Part shown: positions 48,925 through 58,555 of the stretch, in pieces
Layout: each line of letters starts with the position of its first letter
Numbering within the stretch: the first letter of the stretch is position 1
Source: Candidatus Poribacteria bacterium
GTDB lineage: Bacteria > Poribacteria > WGA-4E > PCPOR2b
DNA: 64,000 nucleotides
Assembly: GCA_965208675.1 (NCBI GenBank)
Contig: OZ242351.1
Location: forward strand, 1,760,001 to 1,824,000
Direction: 5' to 3'
Program-made: the position numbers and the translations under genes
Notes under the pieces: model-generated
Told to the model about the DNA's origin: nothing
Databases searched by the model: none
What the model saw: the letters and a program-made list of their open reading frames with translations, nothing else

Positions 48925-50260
48925 TGGATAAACACGGAGACAAAGTCCAGAGTTTAATAGTTTACAAAAGTTTACAAAAATTAACAAAGTTTACACACTT
49001 TTTCTATCCTACACGATTCTTTCGTTCATTGCCGTCATGCGTAAACGTCTGAATCGCGGATTGCCGCGGATTATGCGGATGACACAGATTGAAAGAACTC
49101 CATCACGGTTGGGTCCATTTGCAAAATCGATTGCCGTGTTACTCATGAGTTCTTGTAGGTTGGGTTAAGCGGAATTTAAGAAAAATGGCATCTACGCTGT
49201 GTGCGCTTATAGGTTTGATTGCGTTAGAATTTTGTAATGGGTAGCGAACCCAACCTACAACGCGGTTGAATTTTGTGCGGATTTGGATAAACGCGGAGAC
49301 AAAAATCAGATTTCAGAAGTTGACAAAAGTTTACAAAATTTAACAAAGTTTACATATTTTTCCCTCTATCGCGCTAGAAGGCAAATGTCTGAATCGCGGA
49401 TTGCCGCGGATTGTGCGGATGACACAGATTGAAAGAACTCCATCACGGTTGGGTCCATTTGCAAAATCGATTGCCGCGTTACTCATGAGTTCTTGTAGGT
49501 TGGGTTAAGCGGAATTTAAAAAAAATGGCATCCACGCTGTGTGCGCTTATAGGTTTGATTGCGTTAGAATTTTGTAATGGGTAGCGAACCCAACGTTTTT
49601 CGGTATTTCGAGTGTGTTTCATTGAACGGCACCGGTTGGTACGTAGGAAAAGCGTTGGGTTACGTTGCATCTCAACTAGTTTGGGCGGAAATCCTTTCCC
49701 GAAACCGATGAGTTTTTAGTAGCATATTTCTAGAACCCGCTCAACCCAACCTACAAAAACTGTTACAGATTAGCACCGAGACAATACTCAGATACCAAAG
49801 GTTGACAAAAGTTTACAAAATTTAACAAAGTTTACACACTTATGTCTATCCCACGCAATTCTTGCTTCCACCGCCGTCATGTGTAAACGTCTGAATCGCG
49901 GATTGCCGCGGATTTTACAGAGAACACGGATTGCAAGAACACCATTAGGGTTAGGGTCGTTTTGAAAAATCGTTTACCGCGTTCGCCATACGTTCTTGTA
50001 GGTTGGGTTAAGCGGAGGCTACGAAAAATAGCATGTATGCCGTGTGCGTGTCTAGGTTTGATTGCGCGAAAAATTGTGTTACACGTAGCGAACCCAACCT
50101 TCAACGCTGTTGAATTTTCAGTGGATCCAGATAAACGCGGGGACATAACTCAGAAATCCAAATTTGACAAAAGTTTACAGAATTTGACAGATTTGAATTT
50201 AATCCTACACAATTCTTCTGTCCAACGCCATTGTCTGAATCGCGGATTGCCGCGGATTAA
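48925..50260. repeat. Tandem array of ~3.5 composite units (~340-490 bp)
   Basis: Each unit has ACAAAAGTTTACAAAATTTAACAAAGTTTAC, GTCTGAATCGCGGATTGCCGCGGATT and a GTAG REP arm; 49047-49255 vs 49387-49595 nearly identical. Confidence 0.9.
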
Positions 50261-50382
50261 AAACACTGGCGTTATCCGATTCATCTGTTGAATCCGTATG
50301 GCTATGTACCTGTATTTCGGTGATTTATCGCCGGAGCCGTGGTTCGCCTATTCAAATGGCAACAGAACCTCGCAACTGAAGG

Positions 50383-51585
50383 TTATGGTAATATAGTCTG
50401 ATGGAATTGTATCTTTCCATCTTTAACGGTATTGATGACTAGACTTTTGATCGCGCGCCGATTTTCATCAAAATGCGCTAGTATTGCCGCACCGTTGTAG
50501 TTCCGAGTCGCCTCAATCTGTTTGCGGATTGCTGCGGGGGTTATGTCAGCCGATCGACGCATGGCTTCAATGACAATAGAGGTAGAGTCATAGCCTAGTG
50601 CAGCGGGACCGTCGGGGGCGATACCAAATCGTGCAGTATAGGCGGCAACAAATTGACGCGCCGCTGCGCTTAACTCTGCGGTCGGGGCATCGGCGGAAAA
50701 ATGATTCGCAAAGTAACTCCCTTCAATGGCGGGACCGGCGATTTCAAATAAGTCCGGCCTGTCCCAACCATCGCCGCCCAGAAAGGTCGCCGCAATATCA
50801 ATTGCAGTGTCCTTCGCCTGTTTAACTGCCAGCGGGAATTCCGCACCCAAACCACCCAGAAACACCACATCAACAGCAGGTTCCACCGCGGCAATTGGAA
50901 TTAACTGCGCCGTAAAATCTGTCGTACCTGCCTCGTAAGGTTCATGAACTGCAATTGTGCCACCGAGCGCGGTAAACTGTTCAATGAAAGCGTCCGATAA
51001 GCCCTCCGAGTAGCTGTTACCTGTTTCCGTGAGGACCGCGGCAGTCGTTGCCGCCAACCCCTGCATAGCAAAATTCGCTATCATACTCGCCTGATACGGA
51101 TCTGTATAAGCGCCCATAAAAGAAAAATTCCCATTTCTAGTTACCTGTGGGTTTGTCGGATAGGTTGTCACCATCGGTATTCCGCGTTGTTGAACCACCG
51201 CTCCGACTTCCATAGCCACGGTGCTGTAGTCCGGTCCCACGATTGCCAATACACCTGCATCAATGAGTTCCTTTGCGAATTCAACACTGAGTGAGGGGTC
51301 TCTTTGATCTTCTCTAATCAGAAGTTCTATCGGTTGTCCGTTAATCCATCCCGCCTCGTTTGCAAGGAGGACAGCTACCTCAGCACCGCTCCGAGTCGTT
51401 CCGGGGTCGGGTGGACTATAAAGGAAACCGATTTTGATTGGACCCGCACTGTCAGGTTCATCAGGCACGACGAGTTCTTGAATAAAGTCGCACGCTAAAA
51501 AGCAAAGGGGCAATAAGAAAAATAACGCCAAAATACCGTAATCCGAGAAACATCTGGGTATGGTTCTATGCTGGTTGAATATCAT
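50383..51585 (-). CDS. LivJ/LivK-like ABC substrate-binding lipoprotein
   Basis: Lipobox FLAC; N.AG.ING..IEL, DF.AQL, GGDGWD, ALGYD. Confidence 0.88.
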   Translation of the reverse strand: MIFNQHRTIPRCFSDYGILALFFLLPLCFLACDFIQELVVPDEPDSAGPIKIGFLYSPPDPGTTRSGAEVAVLLANEAGWINGQPIELLIREDQRDPSLSVEFAKELIDAGVLAIVGPDYSTVAMEVGAVVQQRGIPMVTTYPTNPQVTRNGNFSFMGAYTDPYQASMIANFAMQGLAATTAAVLTETGNSYSEGLSDAFIEQFTALGGTIAVHEPYEAGTTDFTAQLIPIAAVEPAVDVVFLGGLGAEFPLAVKQAKDTAIDIAATFLGGDGWDRPDLFEIAGPAIEGSYFANHFSADAPTAELSAAARQFVAAYTARFGIAPDGPAALGYDSTSIVIEAMRRSADITPAAIRKQIEATRNYNGAAILAHFDENRRAIKSLVINTVKDGKIQFHQTILP

Positions 51586-51641
51586 AAAGATTCTCCTTTT
51601 GGTTCGAGGTAATATAATGGTGATGCCTTATCCCTATGCTT

Positions 51642-52130
51642 GTCTGAATTAGGATTCACTGGATTAAAGGATTGTCAGGATTTTGGGGACGCATCCTCTC
51701 TTTTCTCACTGTCTGAATCGCAGATTGGCGCGGATTAAAGGATTACACGGATTGAAAAAACTATCACGATTGGCTTCGTTTCGTAAAATCGGCTGCCGCG
51801 TTCTCCAGGTGGTAATTTCTCTTATTCATCGTCAACGAGGCACCTTAGCTTTTGTAGGCTGGGTAGAGCCAAAGGCGAAACCCAACGTTTCTAAAGCGTT
51901 ACGAACTCATCGACGGATCCGAACGGCAAACACACAATATTAGACGCATCACAACAGCATAGACAAGAAAAGCGTTGGGTTTCGCTTCATGGCAACAAAA
52001 ATGAAACAAACTCACCTTCCGATCGTCTTGCTCCCTATGTCGATTGTTTCTCAACCCCGCTCTACCCAACGTACAAAACTACTTGGTGATTTGGCTTCGT
52101 TTCGTAGAACTCGGTTACCACGTTCTCCAT
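51642..52130. repeat. Repeat mosaic: GTCTGAAT..GGATT modules, TTGGCTTCGTTTCG modules, REPIN with compact left arm (51854-52074)
   Basis: GTAGGCTGGGTAGAGCC-AAA-GGCGAAACCCAAC ... CGTTGGGTTTCGC-68-CCGCTCTACCCAAC. Confidence 0.8.
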
Positions 52131-52144
52131 TAGTAAGGTGTACG

Positions 52145-52258
52145 TCAAAGATTCTGTTTTACCTCGCCCCAACGCTTTATCCTTCCCGCTTTCAGTTTTT
52201 TCGTCGAGAGTTGTTTGATTAACTCAATTGCTTGCTGTTGTAGGTCTGCTTTCCGCAC
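52145..52258 (-). pseudogene. 37-aa ORF, possible internally deleted antitoxin remnant
   Basis: Strong SD AAGGAG plus GTG; ends KAGRIKRWGEVKQNL, an addiction-module-antitoxin-like C-terminus. Confidence 0.4.
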
Positions 52259-52291
52259 GGTATTCTCCTTTCGTTCTGTTTGCTGTGCATT

Positions 52292-52379
52292 GTCTGAATC
52301 ACGGTGTGGCGCGGATAAAAGGATTACAGGGATTAAAGGTGCTATATTCACCAACTGCGATTGGCTTCGCGATTCTGAC
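52292..52379. repeat. Short inverted element GTCTGAATC...GATTCTGAC
   Basis: Terminal IRs with internal GGATT repeats; a similar element lies at 54712-54844. Confidence 0.7.
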
Positions 52380-52390
52380 AATTTCAGTCC

Positions 52391-52807
52391 TCAGTTAAAC
52401 GGATCTAATGTCACCTCAAATGGTTCATGCGGCTGTCGCTGAATCCATGATTGCAAATGTTCGGCAATTATTTCCACATCGGTTATCGTCCCATCCGCAA
52501 TCTTGAAGCCAAGTTCAATAATCAAATCATCAATGTTGAGACTAGGGGCAGAACCGTTCAAAACTAAAAACCAGAGCGCGCAGGTCAGACCAATTCGCTT
52601 ATTCCCGTCTAAAAACATATGTCTAGTAATAATGTGATGGGCATATACAGCAGCCTTTCGGGGCAACGTCGGAAACAGTTCTGAATCACCTAATTTTTCA
52701 CCGACTATTTCAACCAAATAGTGTAACTGATTTTCATTCAACAACTGATAACTATCCACCTGCCCCTTAGCAACCCTCAGAATGTCCTCAATTGTCAAAT
52801 ACTTCAC
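52391..52807 (-). CDS. doc: Fic/Doc (death-on-curing) toxin
   Basis: HMFLDGNKRIG Doc motif; GTG start at 52807 overlaps the upstream stop (GTGA). Confidence 0.9.
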   Translation of the reverse strand: MKYLTIEDILRVAKGQVDSYQLLNENQLHYLVEIVGEKLGDSELFPTLPRKAAVYAHHIITRHMFLDGNKRIGLTCALWFLVLNGSAPSLNIDDLIIELGFKIADGTITDVEIIAEHLQSWIQRQPHEPFEVTLDPFN

Positions 52808-54672
52808 GGTTTTGCTAGAGTTTTCCATGCTCGATCGTAGTTTCTTATTATCTCGTCCAAGTCGACTTCAGCATCGCTCACCGATTCGTGAGTGGCTTCT
52901 CCATTTCTTTCTTTTCGCATGGCAATTATCTGGGGTGTTAACATTGCGGCGATGTCGGCGGGTAATTGAATTCCTGTTATCTGCTCAAAACTTTCAACGC
53001 TTCCGTAATCGTTACGAAATGCAGCGATAATGTTTATCCCCATGTCTCTGGCATTCATTAGGTCTGATGTGGCTTTTTCCCACTCTCTTAGGTGTAGCCA
53101 TGCCTCACCACGATTGTAATAGGCCTCGGCATAATCAAGTTTGAGTGCTATCGCTTTGGTACAATCGTTGATGACGTGCTTATAATCGCCTTTTTTAAGG
53201 TATGCATTGCTGCGATTGTAATAGGCACTAGCATAATCGGGTTTGAGTTGTATCGCTTTGGCATACTCCGCTATCGCACGGTCAATATCACCTTTTGTCT
53301 CGTAAACAATACCGAGATTGGTATAGACTTCCACCAAATTTGGAGTCAATTGTATTGCCATATTCAAATCTTCAATCGCACGGTTAAAATTGCCCTTTAC
53401 GCAATAAACTATTCCACGCCCGCAATAGGCTTCAGCATGATTAGCGTTGAATTGTATAGCAGTGTCATAGTTTTCGATGGCGCGGTCAAGATTGCCCTTA
53501 TACATATAAGCATTACCGCGACTACTATAGGCTTTGGCAGAATCGGGTTTCAGTTCTATGGCTTTGTCGTGGTCTTGAATGGCACGGTTATAATTGCCCT
53601 TATACGCATAAGCATTACCACGATTGCTATAGGCTTCGACCGAATCGGGATTGAGTTCTATCGCTTTGTTAAAGTTATCAATCGCCTTGTCAAAATCACC
53701 TTGTTCCCCGTAAACTATACCACGACCATTGTAAGCATCAGCAAAATCCGGTTTCCAGTCTATCGCTTCGTTAAAATGATAGATGGCAGAGTCAAAATCT
53801 TCTAACATGGAATGAGCTCTACCACAGTTAATATGTGCCATGACAAGATTCGGCATTAGCTCTAGTGTAGCTCTATAATGATTAACAGCTTTTTTATAGG
53901 CATCATGCCTTCCTTGCAAGGTTTCTGCTGTGGATCCTTGCTCTTCATACTCACGTGCAATATAAAACTCGACAAAGGCACTCCGATATCGACTCTGCAT
54001 TGTGATAAAACCATGAAGATCGTTGTAGATTGTTTCTGTAGTTATAGGAGAATCTTGCCTCATCAGATACTTTAGAATAGGCACCTTGAGGGTTTTTGGA
54101 ATACAGATAACCTGGTCAGCATCTGGCTTAATAAAGCCATTAGGTGGTTGAACGAATACGCTCTTTTGAGCTTCAACGCGATGCTTAGGTTCGGTCGGCT
54201 CCCAAATTGTACCTGCTATTGCTCCGCGATCTTGTACGATAATTCTACCATCTTTGTTGTAGTGACCGTCACAAGCAAAGAAGAGGGCTACGCGATAGTC
54301 TGTTGTAAAGTCTATTAGGTTGGTTTCTCCACCCCAGTGTTGGATTTCGGCTAGAATTTCAAACTGTCTCTCTGTATACTCGAAGGGGTTGTAGTCACCA
54401 CTCCATAGGAAATAAGACCTCTGGCTTTGGCTGGGCCCGAGTCTATTGATATCGTACTCTTCAGCCTGAGTCAGTATCTGCTTTTGGATTCTCGTCATAC
54501 CGACTTTCGCAACTGGTTGGCATTCACGCCAGAGACTAGAGGAGACTTCCAGATAACATTCAGGTTCACCTCGGAAGATGTAGGTGCCATCTGCCGATTT
54601 CTCCTTTATATCGTCGATGACGTCCTGAACTGTGCGTGGCGTATCATTTGAGGTGTTGGATTGATTTGACAT
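52804..54672 (-). CDS. FRG-domain plus TPR-repeat protein with antitoxin-like C-terminal extension
   Basis: YIFRGE, QHWGGETNLIDFT.D..VALFFAC, R..AQ.SVF; about 10 TPRs; tail ..LDEIIRNYDRAWKTLAK. Confidence 0.88.
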   Translation of the reverse strand: MSNQSNTSNDTPRTVQDVIDDIKEKSADGTYIFRGEPECYLEVSSSLWRECQPVAKVGMTRIQKQILTQAEEYDINRLGPSQSQRSYFLWSGDYNPFEYTERQFEILAEIQHWGGETNLIDFTTDYRVALFFACDGHYNKDGRIIVQDRGAIAGTIWEPTEPKHRVEAQKSVFVQPPNGFIKPDADQVICIPKTLKVPILKYLMRQDSPITTETIYNDLHGFITMQSRYRSAFVEFYIAREYEEQGSTAETLQGRHDAYKKAVNHYRATLELMPNLVMAHINCGRAHSMLEDFDSAIYHFNEAIDWKPDFADAYNGRGIVYGEQGDFDKAIDNFNKAIELNPDSVEAYSNRGNAYAYKGNYNRAIQDHDKAIELKPDSAKAYSSRGNAYMYKGNLDRAIENYDTAIQFNANHAEAYCGRGIVYCVKGNFNRAIEDLNMAIQLTPNLVEVYTNLGIVYETKGDIDRAIAEYAKAIQLKPDYASAYYNRSNAYLKKGDYKHVINDCTKAIALKLDYAEAYYNRGEAWLHLREWEKATSDLMNARDMGINIIAAFRNDYGSVESFEQITGIQLPADIAAMLTPQIIAMRKERNGEATHESVSDAEVDLDEIIRNYDRAWKTLAKP

Positions 54673-54838
54673 TTTTATTCATTCTCCTCCATTATTGTAA
54701 TTTTTTTACTATCAGAATCGCAGATTATCGCGGATTCAGGGATTATACGGATTCAAAAATCCGCGCTATCTGCGTAATCCTCCCCGATTTTATCCCCGAT
54801 ACATCGGGACAGGCGGGATGTGCCACTTAATCCTTGAT

Positions 54839-57800
54839 TCAGACATTTTCCGTTCCTTCCACAATTTTAATTTCTTCAGGGGTAAGCCTGTATAATAAGT
54901 ATACTATCTGATCAATCTCATATTCAAGTTCGCTTACATCTGCCTCTGGGTTGGCGTGTTTGGTATCAAGGATTTGGTTGACACGTTTGGAAATCCCTTC
55001 ATCCTCTGGCTGGTCAGGGATTGCAATCGGCGAAATGTACATTGGTTTGAATTCCAAAAAGTCGCCCTGCCGTTCCGCGGCACTTTGCGATACCAAATAC
55101 TGAGTGATTCGAGAATTCATGAGGCCAAGTATATAAGCACTATTAGAAACCATCATTGTTGCTGGTGCGCTCAGATAGACATTGGGACACGAGAAAGCAA
55201 ACTTGGGGTTCTTTGCCAAATTTCCCCAAACTATCGTCGGTTCCTGAAATTCCTTCCAATACGCACACGCGCGCAACTCCCAGAAGTATTTCCCCTGATC
55301 ATACCGCTCAATTAGGCGGTCTCGAAAGGTTTGTAGGTGGGCGTAGATTGCGGGGTAGGTATCGGCGAAAATCGCCTCCGCTTCTACGGCAGATTCTACC
55401 GACCACGGATGTGACCGATTTTCCGACGATTCAATTTTTATGAGGTACTGCTCGGCGAAATTCACGCTCCAGCGTTTCACATCCCGTCCGCGCAAAAGCG
55501 GTTTCATCACTTCAGCCGAGGCGGTGTGTTCTGCAATGAGTTGATTCCGCGTCGCTTGGTCCACGACAAATGCTTCGTTCAAACCTGTCAGGACGCCTCG
55601 ATAAAAACGTCCTTTGACATATGCCCCCAACGGTTTACCCGCGTTGCGGAGTTTCTTCAGCAAATTCAACGTTGCTGGGGAAGTGAGTCGCCAACCATCA
55701 GCAGTAAGAGCATTTTGGGGCATGGTGAACCCCTTCGTTTGAAAAATCGTCCCGAATTCGTCAATGGAGGGCCCCGGCTCCCAATTCAAGGCACGGAGAT
55801 GGTTGTCTTGGGCATGGGTCTTGGACGCTGTGATAATACTCGGATACGCAATGGATGTAAAAACAGGAGCATCACCAAAGTCAATGAGTTGAGACAGGGT
55901 GTACTGACGGGCGAGGAAATCTCGAAGTTTCTTTCCGTAGGCGGACCGGAAGTATTTGTTTGAGGAGATGTAGGTTAAAACACCATTGTCCCGGAGCAAT
56001 TGGAAACCGCGCTCATAAAAGTAGACGTAGAGATCTGCTGTGCCGGTATAACAGTTATATTGATCTTTCAGCGTTGGCTTAAGTTCTTTAATTTTTTCTT
56101 GGCGGACATACGGCGGATTACCAATCACCACATCAAACCCATCTGTGACCCCAAACATCCATTCCGAATCAAACCAATCTGCACTTGCGTTCTGGTCGTA
56201 GGGGTCCCAATGGGCAATTTTCTCCGCATCATCGGGGGGCATCCCAATATCCTTTAATTCCTTCGCCAACCCCCGCCGCAACTTCTTGTCTTCTCGTTTA
56301 CACGCCAGTTTCTGCGGGCGCGTCGTTGCGTGGAAATGCCGCTCGCGGTTATCGCCCAATTCTCGCTCTAAATCCCTCGCTTTGGGACTGGTCAGGGTTC
56401 GCTCCTCTTCAAGACCGATGAGTGTGTTTACCGCGATAAAGCGTGTCTCCAGATTCGGCAGCGGCTTAATCCCAAAGTTGTCTGCATCTCTATCCGGCTC
56501 TTGCTCAATGGCAAGGGAGATAAAGAAGCGGAGTTTAGCGATTTGGCAGGCGATGGATTGAATGTCCACACCGAAGATACTGTTTTGGATTAGGTATAGT
56601 TTTCGCCCAAAGTTGCCCGAATAATTTTCAAAGATTCTGCTAATTTCTTTGAGCTCTTCGTCGCGTGTCTCTCTATCCTTTGTATCAAACGCATCCGCTG
56701 CCCGTTGGATGGCGCGTTCTTTCTGTAGCTGCTCCCACCGGGTATTATCCGGATCAAGCCGCCGCAGTGCGAGGGTCAGTTTGTGCAGAGCACCCATTGG
56801 AAACGCACCCGACCCCACCGCCGGATCCAGTATTTTCAACTCTGAAATGGTCCGCACAATCCGGTCCGTCTCATCGTCATCAAACCATTCGCTTGCATTG
56901 TCGCATACCTTTGCATAATCGAACAGATAACGTAATTCCTCCCACAACTCCGTATCGCCATCCGTGGGCTGCACCTCTCCTGCTAGTGCCGCCACCAATG
57001 CCTCCTCCACCATGTAGTCCACGATGGGGCGTGGGGTGTAATAAGAACCTGTCTGCCTCCGTGCCGTTGTGCCGGTTTCGGGGTTATAGGCGGCGAGCAG
57101 ATTTTCAAACACCTTGCCGAGCAGCTCTGGATCTAACGCAACCTCCTGCTCTATCGGTGTGTTTTCCTCAACGGTGAACTTGTAGTGTTCTAGGAGAGGA
57201 ATCAAACCACGGTCCCTATCAAAGAAGAGACGGTTGGGAACCGTCAACTTATTGTAATGCACATCAGAAAAGCAATCAATACGGTAACCACCATCCCCTG
57301 TTGCTTCCTCGCTGTCAAGACAGTCAAACAACCCGCCGTTGATGAACGGCGTTTGGGTGAATAATTCCAGCAGTTTATCGGGATGACTGATTTGGCTTTT
57401 GTAACGATAGCGTGAAAAGTTGCGGTGCGTAGTGTTTTTCTCTGTGCTAAACTGACGCTTCTCTATCTCAGTGTTCAGCGTAGCGAAAAACAGGTTCTGT
57501 AGCACCGTACGGTAGTAGGAATCGCCGGTATCCCGGCTGTAATCCTTCAACAGATAGGCAACTTCCGTTTCATCGAAAAGTTCGTCCGCAATCAACCCCT
57601 TCTCTTTAATGAACCATACGAAAAGCAAGCGCGTGATTAAGCGGATGATATGCTGTTCGGGTTGCAATACCCGCTTCTCTTTAAGGGGAAATCTTGACTC
57701 CTCGACCGCACAAACAAACCAGTTGAACAACTTCTGGTAAAACTGCTTGTTGAGCAATTCGGTATCAAGCGTGTTTTTCCACGCCTCATGCAGCGCCGGG

Positions 57801-58417
57801 AAATCCGTGAAACCATGCTGGCGGTGCAGTTCACCGAGCGAAAGGTCGAACAAGATGTCGATGTGGGCGCGGTGTGGGTTGGCGAAGACGATGTCTTTGA
57901 TGAGCGTCACTTTTTCGAGGACATCTTTGGATTCGTCGCGCTTGTGCAACCGACGGTCGATTACGGCGAACGTGAGCGCATCGCCATGTTGGAACATGAC
58001 CATAGCGGGTATCATGAGCAGATTGTTGATTTCGCGGACGATGTCGGATAGTTGGGTGCGGGTGTAGCCGCGATGTTGTAGCTTTAGAGCGAAGAAGAGG
58101 TAGGATTCATAGCGGTTCTGATCGACGCCACTGCCCTCGAAGCGAAAGGAAGTCTGAGCGCTCTGTATGATTTCGTCGTCTGTCAGTTGAAACAGGAAGT
58201 CGATGGACGCCCACTCACTCAACAGCCCGCGTTCCCGGTTCATCGTATTTTGCCGGTCGAAATGCTCAACAAATCCATCGGCGGTGTTTGGTTCGAGGGA
58301 TAGTGTCCTTTGGCTGCGGTAGCCGAGGGTGTTGAGGAGATGGAGGGCGTTTTCGGCAATATTCTCATCGGTGAAGCGTTGTAGGGCGCTCTTGATATCG
58401 TCTTTGGATAAGTTCAT
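54839..58417 (-). CDS. Type IIG-like (Eco57I/TaqI-C) N6-adenine DNA methyltransferase / RM protein
   Basis: FINGGLF, LGKVFE, GSYYTP, LDPAVGSGAF (motif I), GNPPY (motif IV), TaqI-like C-terminus; start MNLSK at 58417. Confidence 0.9.
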   Translation of the reverse strand: MNLSKDDIKSALQRFTDENIAENALHLLNTLGYRSQRTLSLEPNTADGFVEHFDRQNTMNRERGLLSEWASIDFLFQLTDDEIIQSAQTSFRFEGSGVDQNRYESYLFFALKLQHRGYTRTQLSDIVREINNLLMIPAMVMFQHGDALTFAVIDRRLHKRDESKDVLEKVTLIKDIVFANPHRAHIDILFDLSLGELHRQHGFTDFPALHEAWKNTLDTELLNKQFYQKLFNWFVCAVEESRFPLKEKRVLQPEQHIIRLITRLLFVWFIKEKGLIADELFDETEVAYLLKDYSRDTGDSYYRTVLQNLFFATLNTEIEKRQFSTEKNTTHRNFSRYRYKSQISHPDKLLELFTQTPFINGGLFDCLDSEEATGDGGYRIDCFSDVHYNKLTVPNRLFFDRDRGLIPLLEHYKFTVEENTPIEQEVALDPELLGKVFENLLAAYNPETGTTARRQTGSYYTPRPIVDYMVEEALVAALAGEVQPTDGDTELWEELRYLFDYAKVCDNASEWFDDDETDRIVRTISELKILDPAVGSGAFPMGALHKLTLALRRLDPDNTRWEQLQKERAIQRAADAFDTKDRETRDEELKEISRIFENYSGNFGRKLYLIQNSIFGVDIQSIACQIAKLRFFISLAIEQEPDRDADNFGIKPLPNLETRFIAVNTLIGLEEERTLTSPKARDLERELGDNRERHFHATTRPQKLACKREDKKLRRGLAKELKDIGMPPDDAEKIAHWDPYDQNASADWFDSEWMFGVTDGFDVVIGNPPYVRQEKIKELKPTLKDQYNCYTGTADLYVYFYERGFQLLRDNGVLTYISSNKYFRSAYGKKLRDFLARQYTLSQLIDFGDAPVFTSIAYPSIITASKTHAQDNHLRALNWEPGPSIDEFGTIFQTKGFTMPQNALTADGWRLTSPATLNLLKKLRNAGKPLGAYVKGRFYRGVLTGLNEAFVVDQATRNQLIAEHTASAEVMKPLLRGRDVKRWSVNFAEQYLIKIESSENRSHPWSVESAVEAEAIFADTYPAIYAHLQTFRDRLIERYDQGKYFWELRACAYWKEFQEPTIVWGNLAKNPKFAFSCPNVYLSAPATMMVSNSAYILGLMNSRITQYLVSQSAAERQGDFLEFKPMYISPIAIPDQPEDEGISKRVNQILDTKHANPEADVSELEYEIDQIVYLLYRLTPEEIKIVEGTENV

Positions 58418-58438
58418 CCTTCTATTCTCGGAAGTGCT

Positions 58439-58508
58439 GTGGGGGCAGGTACAAGACCTGCCCCCACATTTGAACAATTCGTGTAGGGGCAACCCTTATG
58501 GTTGCCTT
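58439..58508. repeat. Pair of GT(A/G)G REP hairpins
   Basis: Perfect 12-bp IR GTGGGGGCAGGT/ACCTGCCCCCAC and GTAGGGGCAACC..GGTTGCC; a related copy at ~41042. Confidence 0.75.
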
Positions 58509-58555
58509 GTAATCTTTTTCGGGGTAATCGTCAGTAGGATTTTATCGGCGGGACG

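Noticed and set aside
48925-50260. CRISPR array
   Set aside because: Units are hundreds of bp long, inter-repeat segments are homologous to each other rather than unique spacers, and no cas genes are present
58418-58492. N-terminal 25-aa extension of the MTase in the ORF track
   Set aside because: It runs through REP hairpins; ATG 58417 has a plausible RBS and is the more likely start
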